A DNA stretch of 44,317 nucleotides from Klebsiella phage vB_Kpn_004_Koku, in sequence record PV625053.1; one strand, given 5' to 3'. This document shows, piece after piece, positions 43,422-44,317 of the stretch; position 1 is the first letter of the stretch; every line of letters begins with the position of its first letter. A model generated the notes under the pieces. That model did not search any database. It was given only the letters and a program-made list of their open reading frames with translations, and was not told the origin of the DNA. The position numbers were made by a program, and so were the translations under genes.

Positions 43422-44317
43422 ATGGGGCCAAACACCGATATGAAGTACGGTGGTAAGCGCTCGAAGATTCCAAAGCTGTGGGAGAAATTCATAACCAAGC
43501 GTAATCCGTTCCTTGATCGGGCGAAGCATTACGCTAAGTTATCCTTGCCTTACCTGTTGAACGATGAGGGCGACAATGAAACCTCTCAGAATGGGTGGCA
43601 AGGCACAGGTGCGCAGGCCACTAACCATTTAGCTAACAAGTTGGCACAAGTGCTATTCCCTGCACAACGCTCCTTCTTCCGCGTAGACCTCACCACCAAA
43701 GGCGAGGAGCAGCTATCCAAGGCCGGGCTGAACAAGACCAAGCTGGCGACTATGTTTGCCCGCGTGGAGATGGCAGCCATGAAGTCCCTTGAGCAGCGCC
43801 AGTTCCGCCCTGCAATCGTGGAGGCATTCAAACACCTCATCGTTGCTGGGAACTGCATGTTGTTCAAGCCGAGCAAAGGTAATATCAGCACCATCCCTAT
43901 GCATCATTATGTGGTGAACCGGGACACCAATGGTGAATTGCTGGATATTATCCTGCTCCAGAAGAAGGCACTTCGCACATTTGACCCTGCCACCCGTATG
44001 GCTATCGAAGCCAGTATGCGAGGCAAGATGTGCAAGAAGGACGACGAGGTCAAGCTGTACACCCATGCTCACTATAAAGGTGACGGCTTTTGGGAAGTCA
44101 AGCAATCTGCTGATGATATCCCGGTAGGCACAGAGAGCCGGGTCAAAACCGAGAAGTTACCTTTCATCGTACTCACTTGGAAGCGCTCGTATGGTGAGGA
44201 TTGGGGTCGTCCGCTGATGGAGGACTACTCCGGCGACATGTTCGTTGTCCAGTTCTTATCCGAAGCAGTGGCACGTGGTGCTGCCCTTATGGCGGATATC
44301 AAATACCTGATTCGTCC
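43422..44317 (+). CDS. portal protein, N-terminal part (continues at window start)
   Basis: ATG after AGGAG; frame open to window end; ..ALKQL/AFKHLIVAGNCMLF.. resembles T7 gp8 ..ALKQLVVAGNVLLY..; the window end to window start junction reads ..IKYLIRP|GAQTDVDHFV.., which I align with T7 gp8 ..IGLVNPAGITQP.. as recalled. Confidence 0.85.
   Translation, partial: MGPNTDMKYGGKRSKIPKLWEKFITKRNPFLDRAKHYAKLSLPYLLNDEGDNETSQNGWQGTGAQATNHLANKLAQVLFPAQRSFFRVDLTTKGEEQLSKAGLNKTKLATMFARVEMAAMKSLEQRQFRPAIVEAFKHLIVAGNCMLFKPSKGNISTIPMHHYVVNRDTNGELLDIILLQKKALRTFDPATRMAIEASMRGKMCKKDDEVKLYTHAHYKGDGFWEVKQSADDIPVGTESRVKTEKLPFIVLTWKRSYGEDWGRPLMEDYSGDMFVVQFLSEAVARGAALMADIKYLIR

Noticed and set aside
1-44317. tRNA and rRNA genes
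   Set aside because: No cloverleaf-compatible segments with conserved GTTC/T-loop and CCA-context patterns stood out in intergenic regions, and a T7-group genome of this size normally has none. This was not exhaustively computable by eye.

Overview
This window is one complete, circularly permuted genome (about 44.3 kb) of an SP6-like T7-supergroup podophage (Autographiviridae). All genes I accept are on the + strand. I see no CRISPR arrays and no clear tRNA or rRNA genes, and I discount every minus-strand ORF. The portal gene is split across the two window ends and joins in frame, so the sequence appears to be a single genome unit with the terminal repeat collapsed. Comparisons to T7, T4 and SP6 proteins below are from memory, not from a database search.

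Gene order from base 1: portal C-terminus, scaffold, capsid with terminator, tail tube A and B, and three internal virion proteins (the second carries a C-terminal T4-lysozyme-like domain). Next come the tailspike adaptor, a gp17.5-like holin, small and large terminase, three tandem paralogs in an AT-rich island, an M15 endolysin with a spanin-like cassette, two tailspikes, and the genome terminus with repeat arrays. The early region has three strong sigma70 promoters, two of which are followed by rrn-type boxA, and an Ocr homolog very similar to T7 gp0.3. After that come an SP6-type RNA polymerase, a candidate primary origin, a gp1.1-like protein, primase-helicase, DNA polymerase, small proteins with acidic C-tails, exonuclease, endonuclease VII and an HNH homing endonuclease. 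The window finishes with a phosphoesterase, a dNMP kinase, DNA ligase, a GNAT acetyltransferase, a gp6.7-like protein and the portal N-terminus.

About twelve SP6-consensus phage promoters (ATTTAGGTGACACTATAGAAG) and five or six factor-independent terminators are mapped. The main unexplained signals are:
- a 16-bp palindrome GTCCAAC-NN-GTTGGAC present nine times, including two in-frame copies inside genes;
- AT-rich iteron-like elements following three promoters, one of them at the position of the T7 primary origin;
- boxA elements in the early leaders;
- a triplicated paralog family;
- a compositionally foreign second tailspike;
- acidic, aromatic-terminated C-tails on three replisome-region proteins.
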